Assembly (NCBI GenBank): GCA_963837215.1
Contig: CAWIML010000009.1
Span: forward strand, 490,883 to 554,882
Source of the DNA: an uncultured Chloroflexia bacterium
GTDB lineage: Bacteria > Chloroflexota > Limnocylindria > Limnocylindrales > CSP1-4
DNA length: 64,000 nucleotides
Direction: 5' to 3'
Below, piece by piece: positions 50,758 to 59,232 of this stretch. Under the pieces are notes generated by a model that worked only from the letters and a program-made list of their open reading frames with translations, was not told the origin of the DNA and searched no databases. The translations under genes and the position numbers were made by a program. Positions within the stretch are counted from its first letter, which is position 1, and each line of letters begins with the position of its first letter.

Positions 50758-51711
50758 GAGCCGGCGACGAGTGCCCGTACCTCCGGTAAGTCGCTCGATC
50801 GTCTCGCGATCGTAGGGCGCCGGCAGGTCGGCGATGGCGAAGGTGACACCGATCTCTGCGAAGCTGCGCCAGCGCTCGGCGATGCGCTCGGGCGGGCCGA
50901 GCCAGGTGTCCTCGCTGTCCTGCGCGGCGCTGTCATACGGCGCCAACGCCTCGTTGAGCACCCGGAGCGCATCGGCTGGGTCGTCCCGGATGATGACGAA
51001 AGGCCCGCAGCTGAAGGTGATCTCCGCGATGTCCCGGCCGACGTCGGCGCAGTGCATCTCGAGGATGCCGAGCTTGCGCTTGAAACGCTCGATGTCGCCG
51101 AAGCCGTGCCACGCATCCGCGAACCGGGCGGTGGTGCGCAGGGTCTTCTTCTCGCCGCCCCCGCCGACCAGGATCGGCAGGCGACCCGGACCGCGGACCG
51201 GCAGCGGCCGCGCCACGAGGTCACTGAACCGGTAGGCGCCACCGGGCGGCGAGGTCACCGATTCGCCACGGAAGAGGGCGGTCATGGCGGCAAGGGCCTC
51301 ATCGAGGCGGTCCAGGCGTTCGCCGAAGCCGCGGCCGAAGTCGAGTCCATAGGCGGTGTGCTCGACTCCGTTCCAGGCACCGCCGAGGCCCAGCCAAGCA
51401 CGTCCGCCGCTGATGTGATCGACGGTCAGGGCGGCCTTCGCCGTCAGGCCAGGGTTGCGGAAGGTGTTGGCGCCCACGAGCAGCCCGAGCTCGATCCGTT
51501 CTGTCAGGGCGGCCCAGGCGGCGAGGGTCGTCCAGGCCTCGAAGATCGGGCGGTCGGCCTCGCCCTCGATGGCATACAGATGGTCCCATGTCCAGATCGA
51601 GTCGACGCCGACCCGGTCGGCGGTCACGGCCGCATCGCGGAGTTCCGGCCATGTGCCGTCCTGGGGCCAGAGGTTGACGCCGATGGTCGGTGCGCGCCGG
51701 AACGTGGTCAC
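50754..51711 (-). CDS. LLM-class (luciferase-like) F420-dependent oxidoreductase, with one frameshift near 50790
   Basis: Sequence MTTFRRAPTIGVNLW...DSIWTWDHL...LVGANTFRNPGL...LGLGGAW. The repaired tail (ETIERLTG.VRALVAGS*) ends at TGA 50754-50756, overlapping the cofD ATG. The track shows an artefactual LLM-cofD fusion. Confidence 0.78.
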
Positions 51712-51756
51712 GCGCCGGCCAGCCGAGCCGCGCTCATCTGCCGCTGTTCATCGTGG

Positions 51757-52746
51757 TCATGCCGTCAGGCCTGGCAGGACTTCGCGGCCGAAGACCTCGG
51801 CCCATTCGAGCTGATTGCGACCGACGTTGTGGAGGTAGACCTGGTGAAAGCCCAGATCGAGGAACTTCTGGATCTCCCGGCGGTGCAGCTCGAGATCCGA
51901 GCTGATGAGCATGCGGCCCTGGAAGTCCTCCGGCCGCACGAGCTTGGCCATCTGCGCGAGGTCGTGTGGTGAGCGGATGTCCTGCTTGGGGAACTTCATG
52001 CCGCCGTTGGGCCACTCGGTCATGGCGTTGGCGAGGGCATCCTCGTCGGTCGGTGCCCAGGAGAGGTGGAGCTGGAGGATGAACTGGAACGTCGTCGGGT
52101 CGTTGCCCGCCTCGCGGCAGCCCTCCCGGCACTTCTCGAAGATCATCTCGAGCTTCTCCTCCGGCGCGCCCACCGTGATCAGCCCGTTGCACAGCGCGCC
52201 GACCTTCTTGGCCGTGACCGGCCCGGCGGTGGCGACATAGATCGGCGGCGGGGTCTCGGGCATCGTCCAGAGGCGCATCGTCTCCATGCGGTAGAACTCG
52301 CCCTTGTGCTTGACGTCCTTGCCGCTGAACAGCTTGCGCATGATCTCGATCGACTCGAACATACGCGCGATCCGCTCGGGCACCTCCGGCCAGTAGCCGG
52401 CCACGACATGCTCGTTGATCGCCTCGCCGGAGCCGAGGCCGAGCCAGAAGCGACCGGGATACATGGCGGCCATGGTGGCCGCCGCCTGGGCGATCATGGC
52501 CGGGTGCTGGCGGAAGCTCGGGCAGGTCACGCCCGGGCCGACGTCGCCCTTGGTGCGCTCCATGGCGGCCGTCATGAAGCTCCAGACGTAGGCGGACTGC
52601 CCCTGCTGCGGGACCCAAGGCTGGACGTGGTCGGCGGCCATGACGCCCTCGAAGCCCGCCGCTTCGGCGGCGGTGCACATCTCGAGCAGCTCGGACGGGT
52701 GGAACTGCTCGAGCATGGCGGCGTAGCCGATCTTCGCCCTGGCCAT
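51757..52746 (-). CDS. fgd: F420-dependent glucose-6-phosphate dehydrogenase family oxidoreductase (Fgd-like LLM)
   Basis: ATG at 52746. The 329-aa product is collinear by eye with mycobacterial Fgd1 (GY.A..EQF.P.EL...AAE..G...DH.QPW...FR.HPA.IAQA.ATM...YP.R..LG.G.GEA.NE...WPE). Confidence 0.75.
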   Translation of the reverse strand: MARAKIGYAAMLEQFHPSELLEMCTAAEAAGFEGVMAADHVQPWVPQQGQSAYVWSFMTAAMERTKGDVGPGVTCPSFRQHPAMIAQAAATMAAMYPGRFWLGLGSGEAINEHVVAGYWPEVPERIARMFESIEIMRKLFSGKDVKHKGEFYRMETMRLWTMPETPPPIYVATAGPVTAKKVGALCNGLITVGAPEEKLEMIFEKCREGCREAGNDPTTFQFILQLHLSWAPTDEDALANAMTEWPNGGMKFPKQDIRSPHDLAQMAKLVRPEDFQGRMLISSDLELHRREIQKFLDLGFHQVYLHNVGRNQLEWAEVFGREVLPGLTA

Positions 52747-52750
52747 CCGG

Positions 52751-53197
52751 TCAGCCCTCCATGTGCTCGTGGGAACCGCGGATGCGGATGCGGAAGCTGA
52801 TGCGCTCCTGGGCGCTGAAGCGGACGGCGACCAGGCGTGCGGCCTCGTCCGGTCCGTCGTAGCGGACCGCCAGGTCGGCGATGTCGCGCTGCGCCACGTC
52901 ACCTTCACCGGAGGGCGCGGCCACGCCGCGGACGACCACGTAGTCCAGCCCCGACTCGGCCGTCAGGCTGCAGCGCGGATCGCGCAGCAGGTTCGTCGGC
53001 CAGCGCCGCCCGACGCGCGAGTTGATGAGGATCGAGTCGTCAGGGTCGAGGCGATACCAGACGACCGCCTGGTGAGGCGTACCGTTCGGGTTGATCGTGG
53101 CCAGGATGCCGTAGCGCGTCGGCGAGTCGAGGAAGGCGCGCGCCACCGCGCTCAGGGCATGGGCGGGCGTGCTAGCGGCTGGACCGGCTTCGGGCAC
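52751..53197 (-). CDS. Pyridoxamine 5'-phosphate oxidase family (PPOX-class, probably F420-dependent) protein
   Basis: Intact 148-aa ORF with YGILATINPNGTPHQAVVWY, typical of the split-barrel FMN/F420-binding fold. Confidence 0.7.
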   Translation of the reverse strand: MPEAGPAASTPAHALSAVARAFLDSPTRYGILATINPNGTPHQAVVWYRLDPDDSILINSRVGRRWPTNLLRDPRCSLTAESGLDYVVVRGVAAPSGEGDVAQRDIADLAVRYDGPDEAARLVAVRFSAQERISFRIRIRGSHEHMEG

Positions 53198-53292
53198 GAT
53201 GGAGACTCCGACGGGGGTCTGTTGCTGGGGCGTCGATGGTACGCGAGTCGCCGTCGCAGGGTCCCTCGTTCACGGGTTGGGCGCGGACGCTC

Positions 53293-53616
53293 TCAGCTGA
53301 CGTATGCCCGCTCGACATAGCACCAGATGAATCCCGAACCGGCCGGCATCTGGTAGATGACCGGATGGCGAGTGCTCAGGGCGTGCGTCCTGGCGTGGCC
53401 CGCCTGGGACTCGCAGCAGCCGACGTGACCGCACGTCGCGCAGAGTCGAAGGTTGACGCCGCTTCCGCACTCCTGGCACTGGTCGGCGGCCGGGGCGGCC
53501 CGCTCGGCAGGGATGTGAGGGCAGTCGACGTGCGTCGAGCCGAACGGATCGGCAGCCGCGTCGACTGAGCGGATCGTTCGGCCCGAGTCGTCAGCCACGT
53601 CGTGCACTGTAGCCAT
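53293..53616 (-). CDS. UBP-type zinc-finger protein
   Basis: Intact 107-aa ORF with CPHI...CQECG...NLRLCATCGHVGCCESQAGHARTHALSTRHPV...WCY. Confidence 0.75.
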   Translation of the reverse strand: MATVHDVADDSGRTIRSVDAAADPFGSTHVDCPHIPAERAAPAADQCQECGSGVNLRLCATCGHVGCCESQAGHARTHALSTRHPVIYQMPAGSGFIWCYVERAYVS

Positions 53617-53649
53617 CGCGATGCGCTGACGCGAGTGATCGGGATGGCG

Positions 53650-54444
53650 CTAGCTCGCACCCCCGAGGGCGGTCGCACACGGGCAGGTCCGCTCGACGGG
53701 GATACGCGGCACGAACGCGAAGAGGAGCCTTCGCACCTTCTCGACGTTGGCGTTGAAGACCTCGATCACGCCCTCGTGGGTGACGGCTGCGTCATCGTCC
53801 TCCAGGCCGGCATCGTAGTCGGTCACCAGGGAGACGTTGACGAAGCAGATCTCCAGCTCGCGCGCGAGGTAGGCCTCGGGATATTGGGTCATGCCCACGA
53901 CGGACCAACCGGCCGACGAGAACCAGCGCGACTCGGCGCGGGTCGAGAAGCGTGGCCCCTGGATGACGACCATCGTGCCACGCTCGTGGACGGTGATGCC
54001 CTCGTCGCGGGCGGTCTGGACGGCGATCGGGCGGAGCGTCGGGCAGTAGGGGTCGGCGAAGGAGACGTGCGTCGTCTTGGGTCCGTCGTAGAAGGTGTCC
54101 TTGCGCGCGTTCGTCCGGTCTACGAGCTGATCGGCGATGAGGAACTCGCCTGGATGCACGTCGGCGCGAAGCGAGCCGACCGCGCAGGGACCGACGATCC
54201 GGCTGACGCCGCACTCCCGCATCGCCCACAGGTTGGCCCGGTAATTGATCATGTGCGGCGGGAACTGGTGCTGCTTGCCGTGGCGCGGCAGGAAGGCCAC
54301 CGACCGACCGCCGATGGATCCAAGCGTCAGCGGCGCGGACGGCGCTCCGAATGGCGTCTCGATCTCGACGTCGTGGGCATCATCGAGGAACGAGTAGAAC
54401 CCAGAGCCGCCGAAGATACCGATCTCGGCGCGTTCGTTGGTCAT
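53650..54444 (-). CDS. mtnP: S-methyl-5'-thioadenosine phosphorylase
   Basis: ATG at 54444. Sequence MTNERAEIGIFGGSGFY...FLPRHGKQHQFPPHMINYRANLWA...IQGPRFSTRAES...VGMT. Confidence 0.88.
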   Translation of the reverse strand: MTNERAEIGIFGGSGFYSFLDDAHDVEIETPFGAPSAPLTLGSIGGRSVAFLPRHGKQHQFPPHMINYRANLWAMRECGVSRIVGPCAVGSLRADVHPGEFLIADQLVDRTNARKDTFYDGPKTTHVSFADPYCPTLRPIAVQTARDEGITVHERGTMVVIQGPRFSTRAESRWFSSAGWSVVGMTQYPEAYLARELEICFVNVSLVTDYDAGLEDDDAAVTHEGVIEVFNANVEKVRRLLFAFVPRIPVERTCPCATALGGAS

Positions 54445-54523
54445 GACGGGGTCTCCGCGCGGTACCCTGCACTGCATCCGTTGGGGCGGTCGCTGGACCG
54501 TGACAGGGTAGACGAGGCGGCCC

Positions 54524-55372
54524 GTGAACGAGCGGCAGCGACCGCGCATCGGCATCAATCCGACCTCCATCGGCGTCTCGCCGCGCTGGTGGCTGCGGAC
54601 CGCGGGCTGGCTGGAGCAGGCCGGCTTCGACGGCATCTATATCTGGGACCACTTCCTCAGCCGCGGTGACACGAACCGGGCCGTCCTGGAATGCTGGACG
54701 ACCCTGGCCGGGGCAGCCGCAGTGACCGAGCGCGCGACCATCGGCTCCTTCGTCAGCAACGTCATGAACCGGCACCCGAGCGTGCTCGCCCGGATGACCG
54801 CCAGCGTGGCGGCCATGGCGCCAGGCAGGTTGGACGTCGGCCTCGGCATCGGCGGCTTCGCCGAGGAGATGGCCATGCTGGGCATCGACTTCCCGCCACC
54901 CGCCGAGCGGGCCGAGCACCTCGAGGAGACGGTCGCGGTGCTTCGCGGACTGTGGTCCGGTGGCCCGATCTCGTACGAGGGTCGGTGGACCCGGCTGACG
55001 GACGCCGTCGCCCGACCCATTCCCGACCCCACGCCGCGCATCATCATCGGCGGCGAGACCCCGGCCGGGGCGCGCCTGGCCGCTCGTGTCGGCGACGCGT
55101 GGACGACGACGGCGAGTCGCCTGGCAAGGGATCTGCCCGTCTACGAGGAGGCGCTGGCGGCCGCAGGGCGGCAGCGCGGAGACACGACCGTCATGGTCGC
55201 CGTCGACCTGCTGCCGCTCGAGGAAGCCGACTCCGACCCCCTCCTGGTGGACATGGTCGGAGCCGCCGAGTCGTGGCGCGAAGCCGGCGCCGACGAGCTC
55301 ATCCTCCACTTCGTCCGCCGCGACCGCATCGGCGAGGTGCTTGCCGCGGCGGAGCGCGCGTCACTCACCTGA
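54524..55372 (+). CDS. LLM-class flavin/F420-dependent oxidoreductase
   Basis: Intact 282-aa ORF with GFDGIYIWDHF...SFVSNVMNRHP...LDVGLGIGG. Confidence 0.75.
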   Translation: MNERQRPRIGINPTSIGVSPRWWLRTAGWLEQAGFDGIYIWDHFLSRGDTNRAVLECWTTLAGAAAVTERATIGSFVSNVMNRHPSVLARMTASVAAMAPGRLDVGLGIGGFAEEMAMLGIDFPPPAERAEHLEETVAVLRGLWSGGPISYEGRWTRLTDAVARPIPDPTPRIIIGGETPAGARLAARVGDAWTTTASRLARDLPVYEEALAAAGRQRGDTTVMVAVDLLPLEEADSDPLLVDMVGAAESWREAGADELILHFVRRDRIGEVLAAAERASLT

Positions 55373-55473
55373 CACAGACGAGGTGACTCCAGACGCTGGC
55401 GCTGACCGCGACGTACGGCGAGACTGCGTGGCCTGACGCGCCCAGCGACTATCCGCGCTACGCTGCGGGCTCC

Positions 55474-55960
55474 ATGACGACGGGTTCCTCGCCCACGGAC
55501 CTGACCCAACCCCACGACACGTGTGTCCGATGCGGCAAGCCGACCCCACTGGGGGTCGCGCTCTGTGAGGACGACAATCCAGCCGCACTCAGCGGTCCCA
55601 GCGCGACCCAGGTGCACGGCACGATCGTGGTCGGCATCGGCATCGGCTTCCTGATCCTGGCCCTGGTCGCGAACTGGGCGCTCGGCAGCGTGGGGCCTTT
55701 CACCGTCCGTGTCCTGGCGGCCGCCGGGTCAGCGGACGGCGGCGCCGACATCGTCTTCGCCGTCACCAACGCAGGCGCCGGGGCCAACCGGGCCACCTGT
55801 CGCATCACGCGCGGCGGGGTCGAGCACGCCCGCCGACCCGGTCTTCCGGACCGAGACCATCGCGGCGGGTGGCACCATCGAGATCGTGCGCACGGTGCCG
55901 GCGCCGGCACCCGACGACCCGCCCTGGGTGGCGGAGCGACTCCTCGTCCATTGCAGTTGA
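55474..55960 (+). CDS. Hypothetical membrane protein (Cys-rich N-terminus, one TM segment, small C-terminal domain), with one frameshift near 55830
   Basis: Sequence MTTGSSPTDLTQPHDTCVRCGKPTPLGVALCEDD...TM segment IVVGIGIGFLILALVANWAL...NRATCRITRGGV, joined to DPVFRTETIAAGGTIEIVRTVPAPAPDDPPWVAERLLVHCS (ORF 55709..55960). Confidence 0.5.
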
Positions 55961-55964
55961 TCGA

Positions 55965-56783
55965 GTGGCGCCGGTGACGACCGAGCATGCGGCCGAGCTG
56001 GCGTTGGCCATCGAGGCCGCCCGCGGCGCAGGGGCCATCCAGCTCGAGCGATATGAGCGCCTCGAGCGCATCGTCCACAAAGGGCCGAAGGACGTGGTGA
56101 CCGAGGTCGACCACCTGTGCGAGGAGCTCATCCTGGGTGCCATTCGTCGGCGCTTCCCCGACGACGCCATCGTGGCCGAGGAGTCGGGCGAGCATCGTTC
56201 CCGTCGTGGCCACGGGGCGCACGCGTCCGAGGGGGCGGGTCGGGCATGGGTCGTCGATCCGCTCGATGGCACCGTCAACTATGCCAACGGCGTGCCCATC
56301 TTCTGCGTCAGCATCGGCTTCGTGCTCGATGGCCGGCCGACGGTCGGGGTCGTCTATGACCCGATGCGCGACGAGCTCTTCAGCGCGGTCGCAGGCTGGG
56401 GCGCACAACTCGACGGCCGGCCGATCCGCATGCCGGACAAGGAGCGGCTCGAGGACTGCCTCATCGCCCTGGCCATGCCCTGGACGGGATATCGGCGCCG
56501 CGAGGCGGCCATCCGCCGCGCGACGCGGGTGAGCCGCAACCTGGGCAGCTCCGCCCTCGCCCTGACCTACGTCGCCAACGGGCGCTTCGACATCTTCGTC
56601 CAGCTCCGTTCGCTCTCGAATTGGGACGTGGCGGCCGCTGGGCTCATCGCCGAGGAGGGGGGCGCGATGGTCACCGATCCGGCCGGAGGCCCGTGGTTCG
56701 ATGCGGCGCGTCGGAGCCGCGGCGTCTCGATCGTGGCGGCTTCCGCGCGGCACCATCCCACCATCCTGGGGCTGGTCCGCTAG
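55965..56783 (+). CDS. Inositol monophosphatase family protein (SuhB/ImpA-like)
   Basis: Motifs VAEESG, WVVDPLDGTVNY and WDVAAAGLI. A GTG start at 55965 or 55974. Confidence 0.85.
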   Translation: MAPVTTEHAAELALAIEAARGAGAIQLERYERLERIVHKGPKDVVTEVDHLCEELILGAIRRRFPDDAIVAEESGEHRSRRGHGAHASEGAGRAWVVDPLDGTVNYANGVPIFCVSIGFVLDGRPTVGVVYDPMRDELFSAVAGWGAQLDGRPIRMPDKERLEDCLIALAMPWTGYRRREAAIRRATRVSRNLGSSALALTYVANGRFDIFVQLRSLSNWDVAAAGLIAEEGGAMVTDPAGGPWFDAARRSRGVSIVAASARHHPTILGLVR

Positions 56784-56807
56784 CTCGGCGGCGTTTAGTC
56801 TGCGGCG

Positions 56808-57839
56808 ATGACCGCCGCCACGCCGGTAACGGCGCCCGTTCGCAGTCGATTCCGCCGTCGTCATGTCGCGGTCTGGGCCGCCTTCGTGCTCGGTGCGGTC
56901 ATCATCGGGACCGTCGGGTACATGGTCCTGCTGGGCTGGTCGCTGACGGACGCCTGGTACATGACCATGATCACGCTGACCACGGTCGGCTTCCGTGAGG
57001 TCGGGCCGCTCGGTACCATCGGCCAGGTCTGGACGAGCCTGCTGGCGGTGGCGGGCGTGGCCATCATCTTCGGCACCGTCGGCATCGCCGCCGAGTACAT
57101 CGTCGAGGAGGTCACCAGCGGACGGCGGGAGGTGCGGCGCATGCAAGAGCGGATCGATGCCCTGAGCGGGCACTTCGTGCTCTGCGGCTACGGGCGCGTC
57201 GGTGCCACCGTCGCGGGGGAGCTGGTCGAGGCTGGCGAGTCGGTCGTGGTCGTCGACCTGGTCCAGGAGTCGCTCGCGCGGGCGCGCGCGGACGGTCACA
57301 TGGTCGTCCTGGGCGACGCCACGACGGACGCCATCCTGCGCCAGGCCGGCGTCGAGCGCGCCCAGGGCCTCGTCACGGCCATCGACACCGATGCCCTCAA
57401 TGTCTACGTCATCCTCTCCGCCCGTCAGCTCAATCCGCGCATGACCATCATCGGCCGGGCCAACACGCTGGAGGCCGAGGAGAAGCTCGTGCGGGCCGGC
57501 GCCGACCGCATCGTGTCGCCCTATTCGAGGGCCGGTCATCGGATGGCCGAGCTGGCCGTACGACCGGGCGTCGTGGACTACCTGGATGCCGCCTTGAGTC
57601 ACCGCGAAGCCGCCTTCGGTCTGGAGTCGGTGCCGGTCGCGGCAGGCAGAGGACTGGAAGGTCGGTCGGTGGGCGAGGTCCGCGCCGACGGCATCGTCGT
57701 CCTGGCCATCGCCCGCGCCGATGGGGCGCGCGCGCGGTACGAATCCAACCCGTCCGACGACCGAGTCCTGGCGGCGGGCGAATCGGTCATCGCGAGCGGG
57801 GATGCCGACGCCCTCGGGCGGTTGCGTTCCAGGACTTGA
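56808..57839 (+). CDS. Two-TM potassium-channel-like protein with an RCK/TrkA-N and TrkA-C gating ring; non-canonical filter TTVGFRE
   Basis: Intact 343-aa ORF with a pore helix plus filter (WYMTMITLTTVGFREV, 56979-56999), an RCK Rossmann motif (FVLCGYGRVGATVA) and a C-terminal TrkA-C-like domain. Confidence 0.85.
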   Translation: MTAATPVTAPVRSRFRRRHVAVWAAFVLGAVIIGTVGYMVLLGWSLTDAWYMTMITLTTVGFREVGPLGTIGQVWTSLLAVAGVAIIFGTVGIAAEYIVEEVTSGRREVRRMQERIDALSGHFVLCGYGRVGATVAGELVEAGESVVVVDLVQESLARARADGHMVVLGDATTDAILRQAGVERAQGLVTAIDTDALNVYVILSARQLNPRMTIIGRANTLEAEEKLVRAGADRIVSPYSRAGHRMAELAVRPGVVDYLDAALSHREAAFGLESVPVAAGRGLEGRSVGEVRADGIVVLAIARADGARARYESNPSDDRVLAAGESVIASGDADALGRLRSRT

Positions 57840-57903
57840 CAGGGCGGCCCCCACCGCCACCATCGCTGCTAACCGGATCTCGGGCCGGAGTGAGGAGTCG
57901 ATC

Positions 57904-58169
57904 ATGCCGACGATCAGCGAAGTCGCCGCCCGAGCCACCTTTGCCGACCTCATCAACCGCGTTGCATATGGGCGCGAGCGGATCATGGTCACTCGCCGCG
58001 GTCACGAGGTCGTCGCCGTCGTGCCGGCCGAGGACGTCGCCCTGCTGGAACTGCTCGAGGACGAGTTCGACCTGAGCGCTGCGAGGGCGAGCCTGGCCAG
58101 TCGGGAGGATGGAGCCCTGCTTGACCTGGAGCCTGTCGCACGAACGCAGGCGGGGCTGATCGGTCAGCG
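57904..58169 (+). CDS. Phd/YefM (RelB-like) type II antitoxin; the 3' end is unresolved
   Basis: Sequence MPTISEVAARATFADLINRVAYGRERIMVTRRGHEVVAVVPAEDVALLELLEDEFD... The reading frame has no stop until 58410, inside the next gene. The nearest plausible stop (TGA 58167-58169) is out of frame. Confidence 0.6.
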
Positions 58170-58201
58170 GGCACTGACCGAACCGGCCACATCCTTCGCT
58201 C

Positions 58202-59107
58202 GTGCGTGCCGTCCTCGTCTCGAACCCCAAGTCGTTCCGTGGTCCATACCCGGTCGAGCGGTTCGAGCCGATCCTGGCGGCCGCAGGATGGACGCTGCGG
58301 GTCGTCGAGCGGCTGCCCGGCGTCGACGTCCACACGCTCCTTGCCCCTGTCCTGGCGGCGGGCACGGCCGACGTCATCCTGGCGGCGGGTGGCGACGGCA
58401 CCGCGCGTGACGTGGCAGCCGAGGTTGCCGGGACCGGCGTCCCGATCGCGATCCTGGCCGGAGGCTCCACGAACGTCGTCGCTCGCGAGATGGGCATGCC
58501 CCGCCAGCCGGAGGCGGCGGCCCGGGCGTTGCTTGCCGCGACGCCCCGACCCCTGGACCTCGGCCGCCTGACCCTGCCCGACGGTCGAGTCGAACAGTTC
58601 CTGCTCGCGGCTGGGCTTGGGCTCGATGCGCACATCCTGGCGGCGACCGACGACGCGCTCAAGCACCGCATCGGGCCGTTCGCGATCGCGGCCGCGGCGA
58701 TCGCGGCGGCACCCCGGCTACGCCCGTTCAGCGTGCGCATCGACGTCGACGGGGAGCGGCTGCATGAGGGGCGCGTCTGGCAGATCGTGCTGCCCAATGC
58801 CCGTCGCTGGGGCGGCGCCTTCGCGATCGCTCCAGGAGCAGCCGCGGACGACGGGCTGCTCGACGTCGTCGCCCTGCGCGACCGCGGACGGTTCCGCCTG
58901 CTCGTCGATCTCGCGGAGCTGCTCCTGCTGCGCCATCCGCACCCGTCGGACGTGGCGGCCGGCCAGGGGCGCACGATCCGGATCGAGACCGATGCGTCCG
59001 TTGCCCTGGAGCTCGACGGCACGCCGATCAGCGCGAGCGCCGAGGGGCCCTTCACCATCGACGTCGATCCGGCGGCGCTGCGGGTGCTCGCACCGCGGGG
59101 GCTGTGA
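58202..59107 (+). CDS. Diacylglycerol/lipid kinase catalytic-domain protein (YegS/DagK-like)
   Basis: The 301-aa ORF has a GTG start. Motifs VLVSNPKS...ILAAGGDGTARDVA...PIAILAGGSTNVVARE...LELDG. Confidence 0.82.
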   Translation: MRAVLVSNPKSFRGPYPVERFEPILAAAGWTLRVVERLPGVDVHTLLAPVLAAGTADVILAAGGDGTARDVAAEVAGTGVPIAILAGGSTNVVAREMGMPRQPEAAARALLAATPRPLDLGRLTLPDGRVEQFLLAAGLGLDAHILAATDDALKHRIGPFAIAAAAIAAAPRLRPFSVRIDVDGERLHEGRVWQIVLPNARRWGGAFAIAPGAAADDGLLDVVALRDRGRFRLLVDLAELLLLRHPHPSDVAAGQGRTIRIETDASVALELDGTPISASAEGPFTIDVDPAALRVLAPRGL

Positions 59108-59232
59108 GTCTCGCCACTTGACGCCCTCCGCGCCACGCGCCAGCATGCGGCCACCATCACGGTCAAGCGGGGGATCGTCACTTTGCCGAGGATCTGGCGC
59201 GCCGCCCAACGCCTCCAGGTCCCGGTGCGACT

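Noticed and set aside
50383-51711. A 442-aa ORF suggesting an LLM-CofD fusion.
   Set aside because: The cause is the same: a frame change near 50790 hides the LLM stop (TGA 50754-50756), which overlaps the cofD ATG at 50757.
54463-54510. A 7-bp inverted repeat, TACCCTG...CAGGGTA, in the mtnP/LLM divergent region.
   Set aside because: Short arms separated by 34 nt are expected by chance in a 64-kb GC-rich window. No similarity to a known motif.
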